Source: Lingula anatina
Lineage: Eukaryota > Animalia > Brachiopoda
Length of the DNA: 64,000 bases
Direction of reading: 5' to 3'
NCBI GenBank assembly: GCA_051362555.1
Contig: CM120646.1
Coordinates: 13,702,001 to 13,766,000 of the forward strand
Shown here: positions 1-11,857 of the stretch, piece by piece
Layout: each line of letters opens with the position of its first letter
How positions within the stretch are numbered: the first letter of the stretch is position 1
Translations under genes and position numbers: made by a program
Notes under the pieces: model-generated
The model's database searches: none
Told to the model about the DNA's origin: nothing
The model's input: only the letters and a program-made list of their open reading frames with translations

Positions 1-326
1 CTGCTAGACCCTGCAAGTTTAACTCTGGTATGCATTCGAATAGCAATTTTCTTTCAATTTCGTGATGGGCGCAATTTAGGAAAAAATGAATTTCATCTTC
101 CACCTCATTACAATGGGGGCATTTTCGGTCTGAAAGTTGTGTTTTTGGGTTTGTATGTCAAGACAAGTTCAAGACACCAAAACGATATGAAGGATACATG
201 AAAAAAGGAATTTATTTAGTTGATGATACTTTGAAAAGCTGAAAGGACCAGATCATTTTGATAACGAAGTTGCAAGATCACCTAGCAGTGAATTTATTTT
301 CAGTTTGCATTGTAGTATGTCTTCTA

Positions 327-557
327 AGACTGGGTTCCCATACCTAGATCGATTTCTCGCTAAATTTTGCTTTCAGCTTAAGCGGCTCAGATGTCTGGCA
401 CGCCAACTGAAGCTGTAAAACGATAATTTATTACCCCCCAGCAGCTTCAGTAGGCGTGACAGACAACTAAGGCGCCTAAATTGATTGCAATTTAGCGAGA
501 ATCCCCTCGGAGATAGATCGATTAACAGTTAGTACAATAGGGTCCGGGAATGGTCCT
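327..557. mobile_element. Hairpin MITE with TA target-site duplication (Tc1/mariner-like), intron 1 of lipocalin A
   Basis: Inverted arms at about 354-415 and 441-502. Flanked by TA at 325-326 and 558-559. Copy B has the empty site TTC-TA-GGAA at 8541-8549. Confidence 0.75.
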
Positions 558-602
558 TAGGAATCGAATTGGATATACTGAATGGCTTTCTTATCACTTC
601 AG

Positions 603-1997
603 ATTCAAGGAAAATGGTACGAGATAAAATTCTACGAACCTAACCTCAACCCAAAATGGTTGTGGATTGACTACATAAATGAGTTCACCACTGTGGGAGA
701 TGGGGTACTGTTATGGGAACTGCGGGGAAGGTATGTGTATGTTTTCAAGTTTTGAGCAGATGACTTGTTTCATTATGTGCTTCATCGAACAAATGAATTT
801 CTCTCGAACAAATTAATATTCTAAAATTTTCACTTGGCTGCGATAAATGTAGCCATAGTTTTTTTTTCGTAGAACAAGAAATGCGTGCTTGCGTGTTGTT
901 ATTACCAGGCGAGTGTTCGACTGTTTTCAGAGAGTTGGTGTTGACTGCACTTCTTCCATCTTTCCATGATCATAATAAATTAACATATATATTTCATCTG
1001 GATTTTCTATCAAGCAGGAAATAACTGGCACATTTTATGTACATATTTTGTTTTTTTTTCCTTCCTTTTGAGGACCGACTTTTCAGGTTTATTTACGCCG
1101 TAATTTTTGATTTAAGGAAACACACAGTATAAAACGTGGCTTTTATTGATTTTCAGACTGGAAGTCGACCCTTGCAAATGTTTTCACTACATTCGTTACC
1201 TTGTGCCGACTTGCACTCTAGGCAACTACGTCTTCAATAAAAGTAGGTTTTACTGCCTTTGTGAATTAGACATAAAAGCACGAGACCTTATAAAGCTATT
1301 GCGATCCGTCTGCAAACCCAGGGACATTTGGGTGACAAGGTTTCTAAAGTCCGTTTTTTAAAAATTTTATTAGAACTCAAGCATTGTATAGTACTACGAC
1401 ATACCTGTAGTATGGATCTAAAGATCGTCGGTTGATTCAACAATTTGATATATGAAATTAAATAAACCTGCAGTCGTTAGTCATTTTATAATCCTATAAT
1501 CCTAAAATATTATTATTATTATTATTATTTTTTTTTTTTTTGGGGGGGGGGTAAACTGCTGATGTTATTTTTAGGAGAAGAAAGGAATGCATTAATATAA
1601 AGAATTGCGGTATTTACGTACTTACATTGGCACGTAAAAGTACATTGTGTAACTTCAGTAGATATAGCCTTTGGTATTATACATGTTAAATTGAGGCCAA
1701 TATCTTTGTAGAACATCCTAGAGAAGTTTTTTAAATAAGGACAGTCTAAATAATGATGAACAAAACATTTCGGACGAAGACAAAGAAGGGAACGTTACGT
1801 TTGTTACTACTGATTACGAAACGCATCTCATTACGGCGGAGCATAAACCAACTGGTATCTCACACGTCACTGTTTGGGGACGTGCCTCCTCTCTCTCTCT
1901 GCTGTTGTTGATACGATTGTAAACGAACTTATTATCAGTGACACTTGTTTCGGTCCTTCTGACCTTGCTGACTTCCAGTATTCCAGACACACCGACT
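603..1997 (+). pseudogene. Lipocalin copy A, probable pseudogene (exon 1 not in window; exons 603-730, 1157-1242, 1774-1997)
   Basis: Exons translate IQGKWYEIKFY..ELRGR / LEVDPCKCFHY..FNK / ..FVTTDYETH..VWGRASS (GxW, TDY and R lipocalin motifs). The exon-4 acceptor is TTCGG versus TTCAG in copies B/C. A +2 nt (CT) expansion near 1890-1900 makes the exon 224 vs 222 nt and gives TAA at 1920-1922. The terminal exon CATGCCCATAG is absent. Confidence 0.85.
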
Positions 1998-2095
1998 GTA
2001 AGTTAATATAATTTGTTTGAGTTAAATTAAGAGTACAGAACGCAGGTACTCATAAATTCAGGTGCGCTGTTGTTAGCTTTTGCCTTCACACACTT

Positions 2096-2285
2096 CCCAG
2101 CGGGCAAAATATGTTGTTTTAACATTGAAACAACGTTGAACCATAACGTTGATAAGACGTTGGATAAACATTGGATTTGAAATTTAACTCAACCTCAGAT
2201 AACAACGTTGTATCAACGTCAGATAACAACATTGTATCAACCCCAGTTGTTAGACAACATTCTTGCATGAAAAGACATTGAAATG
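2096..2285. mobile_element. Truncated non-autonomous DNA transposon end with ACAACGTTG-type subterminal repeats
   Basis: Starts CCCAGC exactly where homology to copy C intron 4 stops and carries repeated (A)CAACGTTG/ACGTT units. No partner TIR was seen. Confidence 0.5.
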
Positions 2286-2379
2286 ACCTGAGGGTAGGGT
2301 ATAAAAGTACGGCCTTTAAGTTAAAATTTCCAAGGTTTATATATATATATATACGTTTATATATATATATTTGACCAGT

Positions 2380-2786
2380 AATTACGAAGAAACGAATAAG
2401 AGTCTTTTGAAAGATTTTAAAAAATCTTAGCAACTCGCACACATATATATTAAAAAAATCCTGAATTGGGTCAGGTATATAGTACACAAACATTTGACTT
2501 GAACCAAACAGTTGGCTTTCTCATCCATGGGGGCTTTTATCTCGATTTTAAATGAAAATACCTGTAAAGTTCAATATCAGTGTAAAAGCTATTCTCGTCC
2601 ACATTGATGATTAATATTCTTGAGAGCTAGGGCATGAAGTATTGTAAGCACTTACACTCTTGCTAATAATGATGGGATTTTTTTTCATGTATTCGCTTTT
2701 TTATGTTTCACAGTGCCAATTTTCACATAACCATTGATTTCTGGCTAAATTCTTTGGCAAATTTGGAATTTCGCTACGTACGATGT

Positions 2787-2820
<34 letters not shown>

Positions 2821-3410
2821 TTTCATCATACGGCGCCTCTAGGCTTAAAGTCGGCTACACCAATGATTTTGTGAAAACTACCACCAGAATAAATAAGAAA
2901 GCAGCAAAGCAGTCAAACAGACGAGTGAAAACTAATAGAAGCGGAGGCATTCAAACAGTTTGAGGAAGTTGAATTTAACCCCCCCCCCCCCCCCCCCAAC
3001 ATTCATTCGGTGGCCATATCGTAGAGAATATTTCACTGAAATGGGGTTGTGTTTAAATACTCGAAAAAATTTGATTTTATCGTCGGAAGAGGGGGGTCTT
3101 GTAATATCATAAATTCTCTTTATTAGCAGTAAAATATATCACGGCGTCAGATCAAGTTGATAAATTCACATCTTGAAAAAGCATTTTGATAAAAAACCTT
3201 TTTTTTTTTTTGCATAATCATAGTCCTTATCTCCGACCTTCTCTCTTTCAAACAGTGAACATTGTAAAAGAGTAAAATAATTTTTCTTTTGTTACTTCTG
3301 CATCCAAAAGAGTTTATAGTCGACGCTGTCATCATTTTTAAATCTCACTCCAGTATCAAACCATTATTGAACTGCTGATTTCAGTCTGTGTGGATACGGG
3401 CAAGTGCATT
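2380..3410 (+). repeat. Duplicated 3' flank of the lipocalin unit (paralogous to about 16243-17275)
   Basis: Long near-identical blocks, e.g. ctaggcttaaagtcggctacaccaatgattttgtg at about 2839 and 16691. Confidence 0.9.
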
Positions 3411-3606
3411 TTACACCCGCTTCTGTTTATTTAATTCAATAATTTAGTGCACTAGTGCCGCTGTGCTTAATGTTATTTGCGTTTTGAAAGTGGGTCGCCT
3501 CCCCTCCGCTGGATCTGTATCATATGATCTGAAACACAATATGGTCTGATATTTTGTCCTTAACTTTTTTTATTTACTTGTTTTATTTATTTATTTATTT
3601 ATTTAT

Positions 3607-3885
3607 TGAAAGGACCAGTCTGGGCAGCCGCAGTTGGCTAGAATTAACTCCCTGGATGTATTCCGTTTCTTTCTCCACCTCGACCTCATCACTGGCAATG
3701 ATGTTAGCCCTGTAGGCGAGGGTTTGGATCATACTGAGATGGTGCACCAGAAGAGGGTTGGAACCGTTATGCAAATATTGATCGGTGAGTGCTACCGCTA
3801 TGTAAACTTTTGTTTCAAAGTTCCTATTGGTATCAATTAAGTGACACGCGACAGTCTAGAAACGGGAGACCGGACCCTGGAAGAC
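3607..3885 (-). mobile_element. Degenerate Penelope-like retroelement RT C-terminal fragment
   Basis: Minus strand, with frameshifts and a stop, reads GLPFLDCRV..GTLK..KVY..TDQYLHNGSNPLLVHHLSMIQTLAYRANIIASDEVEVEKETEYIQELILANCGCPDWSF. This matches the PLE pattern LPFLD / VYRKPTHTDQYL / H..S.I.TL..RA / NGYP.W. Confidence 0.8.
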
Positions 3886-4069
3886 ATCCCGAGCGTTACA
3901 CCGCGTGCCACCGGTGACAACTCAAATTCAGTACTAAATGTATAAAACTGCACTTAGATAAGATAAGAGTTTATTCAGCCATTAAAATACAAATAAAAAT
4001 TCGCATATAACCGCAATTGGATTGCTATTCAGTAAGATGTATAAGATTTCTAGGTTGCAAGATTCTAAA

Positions 4070-4335
4070 TTTTGTTCCAAAAATGAATCCTGAATCCCGA
4101 GAGATATTTGTCAATACAATCAACTTACTCTCAAAAACGTTATCCATTTCTGTTGTTTATGTAGAAATATCGTGATCGAGAAATGAAGTCACATTAAAAC
4201 GGAAAAGGTCACAAGGCACACAGGTTCTGTCCGTTCTGTTTGCCAAAGAACGATTCCAAAAAAGAGGATGAGATCCATTTTCTGATTTCGTGTCCACTAT
4301 ACCATAAATTCAGGAAGACACACTTCCTAACGGCA
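4070..4335 (+). mobile_element. Degenerate non-LTR retrotransposon (RTE-X/L2-like) ORF2 C-terminal zinc-knuckle fragment
   Basis: From 4222: RFCPFCLPKNDSKKEDEIHFLISCPLYHKFR (CxxC..EDExHFLxxC..Y..R). Upstream PERYLSI has in-frame stops. Confidence 0.75.
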
Positions 4336-4584
4336 TGGATGAAACAAGTGCGAATAATGTTGTTTATATGTGACGATAGACGGAATATTCTTTTTTAACC
4401 AGGTTTATGACTGCTGCATTTGCCTTGAACATGTAACTTTATTTAGTGTAAACGGATTGACTGTATAATATAGAAAGTAACCTGTTAACTGTTTATTTGT
4501 TCATATCTGTCTGTGTATTTAAGTAAATACAGGTATACAGGCAGAGTTAAACTATATTATAGGTATGAAGCCTTTCACTATGCA

Positions 4585-4752
4585 CAGGGGCGGATCCAGA
4601 GTTATTTTCTGACAGTCTTCCGAATTATCTTTGTGAATCTATCCTCCATTTTTGACCGTCTTCCGACAGAAAAAATTAGATACCCGTCAATGTAAACTTG
4701 AAAATCTGACCGTCTTCCGGAAGACCCAGAAGACGCCCTAAATCCGCCCCTG
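4585..4752. mobile_element. MITE with CAGGGGCGGAT terminal inverted repeats
   Basis: CAGGGGCGGAT at 4585 and ATCCGCCCCTG ending 4752; internal tgaccgtcttccg occurs twice. TSD is imperfect (tatgca/aatgca). Confidence 0.65.
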
Positions 4753-5341
4753 AATGCAAATAAAGAACCAAAAAGGAATTAAATTGGTGGACAGGTGGCA
4801 GTGTGGTAGATTTTGATTTGTCTTTAGTGTTCAGACTGGACGGAGGTGGTTCTTTTTGTATGTACACGAAGTCACGTTTGTGCCTTGGTAATGGCGTTAA
4901 AATGGTCGTTAATGGCTTGCTGTGTGCCTTTGGCCATAAAAATATACGGGTACACTTAAGTTGTGTGAAAAACATAATGGTATCCCCATTTCTGGTGGCA
5001 ATTTACTGACAGAACGACGATGGGCTTAGATCATATTAAAAACAATTCGGTTTTGATTGAAGCGCGGACACAAATGTGTTTTTGTGTCCCAGATTGAAAT
5101 CAGTTTATTTCAATTTTCAATTAATGCAGCGTTAAACACAGCAGACCTTTAATAGAATGTAGTGGACAACACGAAGGGCAAAACATGTCTTACTCAATTT
5201 AAACACGTTTCCAGTAGAAGCTGAGGCTGTCTGTCATGCTCAGGCCTCTGATCTTGTTTTAACATTTACATAACAGATAAGTTTTCGTTAGATTTGGACA
5301 TGCCTTTTTTATGTCTGTGATACTGATAATTCCTCAAGCCG

Positions 5342-5373
<32 letters not shown>

Positions 5374-6102
5374 GGGGGGGGGGGGGGGGGGAGGGGACTC
5401 TGACCAAAGGGTGCGCTAGCAGTCTGTTACAAAAATTTTGAAAGCGCAATGTAGTTTTGAATAGTATTTTTAGTAGGGCCCTGGGGGGGGGGGGGGGAGG
5501 GGGGGGTCTTGGGAACGAAGTGGGTAAGGGACCTTTTTCCCAAGCTGAAGGAAAAACTTTTTGCCGGTGACGATGATGATGGTCTTACAGCTCCTGTGAG
5601 CGGGGGAGGGGGGTGTTAAGGATCAAGATTGAGTTCTACTGACCTAGTATAAGTGGTCGAATAACTATATTGCACATGTGTGCGGACTTGGAATAGAACT
5701 ATGTTAAAATACAGCATTGTAAATATAAATGGCTTGCTTTTTCTCTGTGAGGCTCAAAATGTTCTGATATCCCCTTGTACTTAGATTGATAAAGGTTTAC
5801 GTTTTCGATGCTAGTAGATTTTTATTGACAAGGTTGGCTCCCTCCTGCCAAACAGGGGTATCATTTCCTCGTCACTTTTCAAAAGGCTGGACGCTTATTA
5901 GGTATTATTATTCTCATTCCTATTTTTGTTATATTTGTTTGTTTAAAATGAATTCCTTTGTGTCCTTTGTGGGGCGTATAACTCTTTCAGGGATGATAAT
6001 TTGGAAAATATGGAGATCAAACTAACACTTGTAATGGTTGTTGTATGGCTGATGCCACAATTACACTGAATATATAAATAATATTTACTTAAACATGATT
6101 TA

Positions 6103-6225
6103 GCAGAATGTGGTGAATATTACATTTTATGTGGCTTATGATGTTTTGACACATTTATATGTTAACTGTGAAACCACCCGTGTTTATCACATCCCTGACA
6201 TTTGCAACGTTGTAGAAAATCAAAC
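6103..6225 (+). pseudogene. Orphan lipocalin promoter/5'UTR remnant
   Basis: gaatgtggtgaatat...cccgtgtttatcaca...catttgcaacgt aligns with 7550-7645 and 11741-11845. The position expected for the ATG reads GAAAATCAAA and no exon 1 follows. Confidence 0.6.
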
Positions 6226-7658
6226 CAAGATTTAGAAGCCAAAAGTGCCGTACACTTTAATTATTTATACATTTTCACGTGCACACACTTCTGATACACT
6301 TAACGTCGCTTTCCATCGAAATTGCTTCAAAAATACGGGTCCATATGAAGTCTACAGCCTCTAATACAGCAGACGCTGTATGTGCCTAACCTAGTAACCT
6401 GATGTGTCGCAAACGTTTGATGCTTAGTAATATTCTGGGTATTGCTATTATATGTCATGGAGCATATGGAATCATTGAAATCAGTAGTGTTTTGCTATTG
6501 TGTGCCTTGTGAAATACTTTTTAGGATTTTTAAAATATCTAAATCACTTTCTCCGTGAGGCTCTAAACCTTGTACCAAAGTTGAGAAAGATTTAAGTTTT
6601 TGCACCGACAGGGAGAGCATTTCCTCCTTACTTTTCAATACTTTCTTTAAAATCTTGTCACTTTTTGTAAGACTCAAAATGTTTCCATATCTTCTTGTGC
6701 CCAGGTTGATAGAGATTAAGAATTTGCTTCGAGTTGTTTTTCCCTTTTTATTGCCTTTATTGCCTTGGTCGGTCCCAATAATGAAGTTCTCTATCTGCTC
6801 CAATGTCAGATAATTGGTCTGTTGCCAGCGCAGAATATTGAATTAATTGTGTTTCAAACAATTTTTGTTTTCATCAGAAGTCGGAGAGGTGGAAAATTAG
6901 AAAATTAGAAAACAATTTCTGAAACAATTTCAAAATAATGTCTTTTGGTCACTATTTAGTAAACAATACAATTTAGAAGTTATAAAAGGCATTAATTTTA
7001 ACACACTTCAGCCTTATTCTAAAAAGAAGAAATATAAAAGCAGGTAATCTTATTTCCTTATTTGCCTTAATTGCACGTTGACATGCAACGGTTTTGTCAG
7101 TGTTGCATTTATCGTTTTTATCCTCTTGGTTTTCAGTGTTAAATGTGTCATTATCTAAGGTTTATTTATTTCATTTTGGACATTGGCTTGAGAAACGTGC
7201 ACAACAATTTAATGATGAGTACCTACATTACAGCTGTCTGTTGTCGCAATACAAGACAAGACTATGTAGAACCACAGTATTGTAAAAACTCTGTTGACAG
7301 GGAATAAGATGGTCTATCCATACCAGTACACATTCACACACACAAACACACACACATACACGCGCGCGAGCGAGCGCGCGCGCGTTACTTTTCAAGCTAC
7401 GGCATATAGGTATTACATGCAGGGAATAAATCATTTTTTTAAATTACACACGCGTGTTTTGTCTAAAAAGAGGGCAATCTATAAAGCTAGAATAGCCCAT
7501 TTCGTGGAAAAAGACGAATATAATTGGAAAGGGGCAATTTATTTTAGCTGAATGTGGTGAATATGTGTCTTAAGGTCTTTGAAGAATTTGTATATATCGT
7601 CTAACCGCCCGTGTTCATCACAATTCTAGCATTTACAACGTAAATGAAAGGTGAAAAA

Positions 7659-10216
7659 ATGAAAGTCGTCTTCTTTCTCGTCGCGGCCGTTTGCTTCGCA
7701 AGATCAGTTGATGGACGGTGTGATTGTCGGGTAGTATCAAGCATGAGTGAGTTTGACGACAGCCAGGTACGTATTTAGTTGTTGTTTTAGAAATTGTTTA
7801 GGGAGGTACGGGAAATAAGAGCTGAACATGTCAAAATAAATTAATTCAAACTGATTAGCTTATGGGACAGGTGTAATACTTTATCTTTTAATTGGCAATT
7901 TAGTTCTTACTTCTGTTGATTAGACTGAAAAAATTCTAGTCTGGTAATAACGAAAGTTCAACCCTATAAACCATAAGCATTTTGAACTTACAATGTTCAC
8001 AAATTAAAACCTGAAGATAAAAACAAAACACGAAAACGTGAATCTGAAAGATTAAGTGCGAAAATTACTGAGATAGAACAAAAATGTTTTCCATTATCCA
8101 ATACGATGCAGTTGCATTTTAGTTATGATTATTTGAGCTAAATGTGTGTGAGAGGGAGATCGCCAGAGAGGGTTATTTCCTCACGGACCCTACGTCTCCC
8201 AACCAAACAAAATGCTTTTTTTTCTAAATGTCGAAGTTAAAGTTTCTTTAATGTTTTGGAAAGACTTATTTCGTTTCTATTTTTATTTCGGAGGGTATTA
8301 ACGGTTTGCTATTAATACTGTAGGCCTACTTCTATACTTTAAAAAAAATCTCTGACAATCCTTTGGTAAGTTCACGACACCAAAACGATGTGACGGATAC
8401 ACGAAAAATGGAATTTATTTAGTTGATGATATTTTGGAAAGCTAAAATGACCAGAACATTTTGATTACAAAGCTGCAAGATTATCTGTCGATTTATAAAT
8501 CTTTTCACCAGCACTGAATTTAATTGCATTGTAGTAGGCTTTCTAGGAACCGAATTGGATATACTGAATGGCTTTCTTATCAATTGAGATTGAAGAAAAA
8601 TGGTACGAGATAAAATTCTATGAAACTAACTACGATCCAAACTGGTTGTGGGTTGACTATACCAATGAGTTCACCTTTTTTGAGAATGGGACACTGTTAC
8701 GGGAGTTGCGAGGGAGGTATGTGTACGCCTATATTTTCAAGTTTTTGGCAGAATACTTGCTTGATTGTTTGCTACATCGAAAAAATGAATTTTTCTCGAA
8801 AAATAAATATTCTAAAAATTTCACTCGGCTGCGATAAATGTAAGTAACGTTAGTTGTTTTTTAGGTAAAGAAGCACGTGCTTATGTGTAGTTATTACATC
8901 GCGAGTGTTCGGTTGTTTTCAGAGAGGTTGTGTTGACTGCACTTCTTCCAACTTTTCATGGTCACAATAAATTAACATATATATTTGCATGTGGGTTTTC
9001 TTTAACCAAGCGGCATATTCTATTAACATACATTGGGTTTTTTCTTCTTTTTGAGTACTGACTTTTCATAGACATCGATGCAGTAACTTTTGATTTAAGA
9101 AAACACACTGTATAAAAATGACTTTTATTGATTTTCAGACTGGCGGTCGACCCTGACGAATGTTTTCACTACACTCGTTACCTTGAACCGACCGGTACTC
9201 CAGGCAGCTACGTCTACATTAAAAGTAGGTTTTACTGCCTTGATGAATTATATATTAAAAGCACGAGACTTAATAAAGCGATTGCAATCCTTTGGTTAAC
9301 CCGTGGGCATTAGGGGTACAAGGTTTCTTAAGTGTGCATTTTTTTTTCAATTTTATCAGAACTCAAGCATTGTATAGTAGTGGGACATACCTGCCGTATG
9401 CTTTTAAAGATCGTTGATTGATTCAACAATTTGATATATGAAATTTTAAAAACCTGCAGTCGTTAGTCTTTGCTTTATAATCCTATAATCCTAAAACAGA
9501 TTTTGGGGGATGGGGGGGGGGGGGGGTTGACTGCTGTTGTTGACTTAAAGAGGATGTAGAAAGACTGGCAATACATAGATATAAAAAGTCACGTTATTTA
9601 AGTACTTATATTAGAACTAAAATACATTCTGTACCTTAACTTGAGATACAATTTGCTATTACACATGTTTAATTGATACAAATATCTGTGAAATATCCTA
9701 GAGAAATTTTGGAGTCAGGATATTTCAAAATTGATGAACATATCTCTTCAGACGGCGTCAAATACAGGGAACTGTTGTTTGTTACTACTGATTACAACAC
9801 CTATCTCATTACGGCGGAGTATAAACCAACCGGTATCTCACACGTCACTGTTTGGGGACGTGCCTCCTCTCTCTCTGCTAATGTCACTGCGCTTGTAGAC
9901 CAACTTATTATCAGTGAAGCTTGTCTCGGTTCTTCTGACTTAAGTGCCTTCCACAATGCCAGTCACACCAACCGTAAGTTAATATAATTTGTTTGAGTTA
10001 AATTAAGTGTACAGAACTGCGTTACTTATCAATGCGGGTCACACCTGATGTGTGTTGTTTTGGCGTGAAGTTTTGATAAAATGGTTCGTTTTATTTTCCG
10101 TTTTATTTATATATGTCATGTAGATTCATTTCTAACAAGTGGTACATGCAATCAAATGTCTATAGCGTGGAGAAATAAGCAATATGTCATTTTTCTATTC
10201 TTCAGCATGCCCATAG
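7659..10216 (+). CDS. Secreted lipocalin copy B (RBP4/purpurin/ApoD-like), 184 aa; exons 7659-7766, 8589-8716, 9139-9224, 9752-9973, 10206-10216
   Basis: GT-AG exons in phases 0,2,1,1 join to 555 nt: signal peptide MKVVFFLVAAVCFARSVDG, then RCDCRVVSSMSEFDDSQ-IEEKWYEI..., FVTTDYNTY, VWGR, ending HTNPCP*. AATAAA at 10318-10323. Confidence 0.88.
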
Positions 10217-11789
10217 AGACAACATGAACCAAGCCAGATAAGCGCCAACATGATCGAGGCAATTCCTATATCGACTATAATTATCAATGAACTAGTTCTG
10301 TAGTATTGAACATTCAGAATAAAGTTTCTTGTGTGCAAACAATATACATGTTGACTAGTTGTCTATCACAGATAAAGAAATGAAATGAAATGCTCGAAAA
10401 GCATGGTAAAAGTCGCCCTGCCTTATGGTTTACTATGGAGATAAGTTACTTACGATCCACATTACATCATTTACAGAAAAGCAAAATAGAACGGTGCTTC
10501 AGTGAAAAAAGTAATTTATTTCTCCCACTTTTACAAAACTTTTTATGTGCATTTGTGTTTAATGAATTACAGATTTCCACTTTATCTTCCTGTTTACTAT
10601 CTATTGGTTTATTATCTGTTGCAAGGCTCAAAACATACGGAGAAAAATCAGGAATGAAATCGTTTACCATCAGAACTAAGGCACATAAACTCAGAAGATG
10701 ATTAAAAAAACAGTAAAACTTATCTTTTCTCAAATATTAGAAACAATATGGGTCTTCTTAACCTTGCATCCCTGTAAAGAAACAATATACACACACTGGA
10801 CAATAGAAGTGTCACCCCCTGAATCAGAGTAATCAAAGTTATAATGCCTGGTCTACTTATAATGTGACTAATGAGTATAAAACAGCTGTACCATGGAATT
10901 GTATTGTTGGTCTTTTTGTGAAATTTGATGTTAATAAAATGATACCAGGAGCATATCATTCCACAGTCAAATATCTCCCCCAAAGTATTGGTTCAGTAGG
11001 GGTGACACTTCTATTGTTCATTGTGTGTATATACCAATTGGAAAAAGGGTATATGCTTTCAAAACCAGTCTGTTTACTTAAAACGATAATTTTTAAACAT
11101 AAAAATGTAAGTGGTGGAAATCTTTTGATTTGCAAAGTCAAAATATTACAAATTCAAAAGTTTTCTTTTTGCATTTAACAAGCACGATCGTTCTTAAGAC
11201 AGGCTACACTTCAACCTTATTCTAAAAAGGTAAAATATAAAGGGGTTTCTCTTAAATTCTTTTTTGCTTTAATTGCATGACGTCATGCAACAGTTTGTCA
11301 GTTTTGCATTTATCGTTTTTATCCTCTTGGGTTTCAATGATACAAGTATCATTATATAAGTTCTATTTATTTCATTTTGGACATTAAAAAGTGGGAGGGG
11401 CTTGAGAAACTAATTACTGAAAAAGTGCACAACAAGATAATGAAGAGTACCTACATTGCAGATGTCTGTTGTCGAAAGACAAGAAAAAACTACGTAGATG
11501 TACAGCATTATGAAAACTCTGTTGACCGGGAATTAGATGTTCTATCCTTACAAGCACATACACTCACACACGCGTTATATGTTCATGCTACGGCATTTAG
11601 GTATTAAATGCGTTTTTTTATCTATGTTTTAATTACATATGCGTGATTTGTTTAAAAAGAGGGCAATTTATGAAGCTAGAATAGCCGATTGTGTGGAAAA
11701 TGACAGATATAATTTAATATGAGGGCAATCTATTTTAGTTGAATGTGGTGAATATATTATATGTGTCTTATGACCTTTGGATGCATTTT

Positions 11790-11798
11790 TATATAAAT
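11790..11798 (+). promoter_or_regulatory. Putative TATA box of lipocalin C
   Basis: TATATAAAT about 60 nt upstream of the ATG; the equivalent position in copy B is TATATAT at about 7593. Confidence 0.5.
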
Positions 11799-11857
11799 AG
11801 TGTAAGCGCCTGTGCTCAGCACATTTAGCATTTACAACGTAAATGAAAAGTGAGAAA

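Noticed and set aside
2703-2963. ORF shared with 16612-16815 (RLKVGYTNDF..)
   Set aside because: Similarity reflects the segmental duplication; the N-termini differ and run through a poly-A tract.
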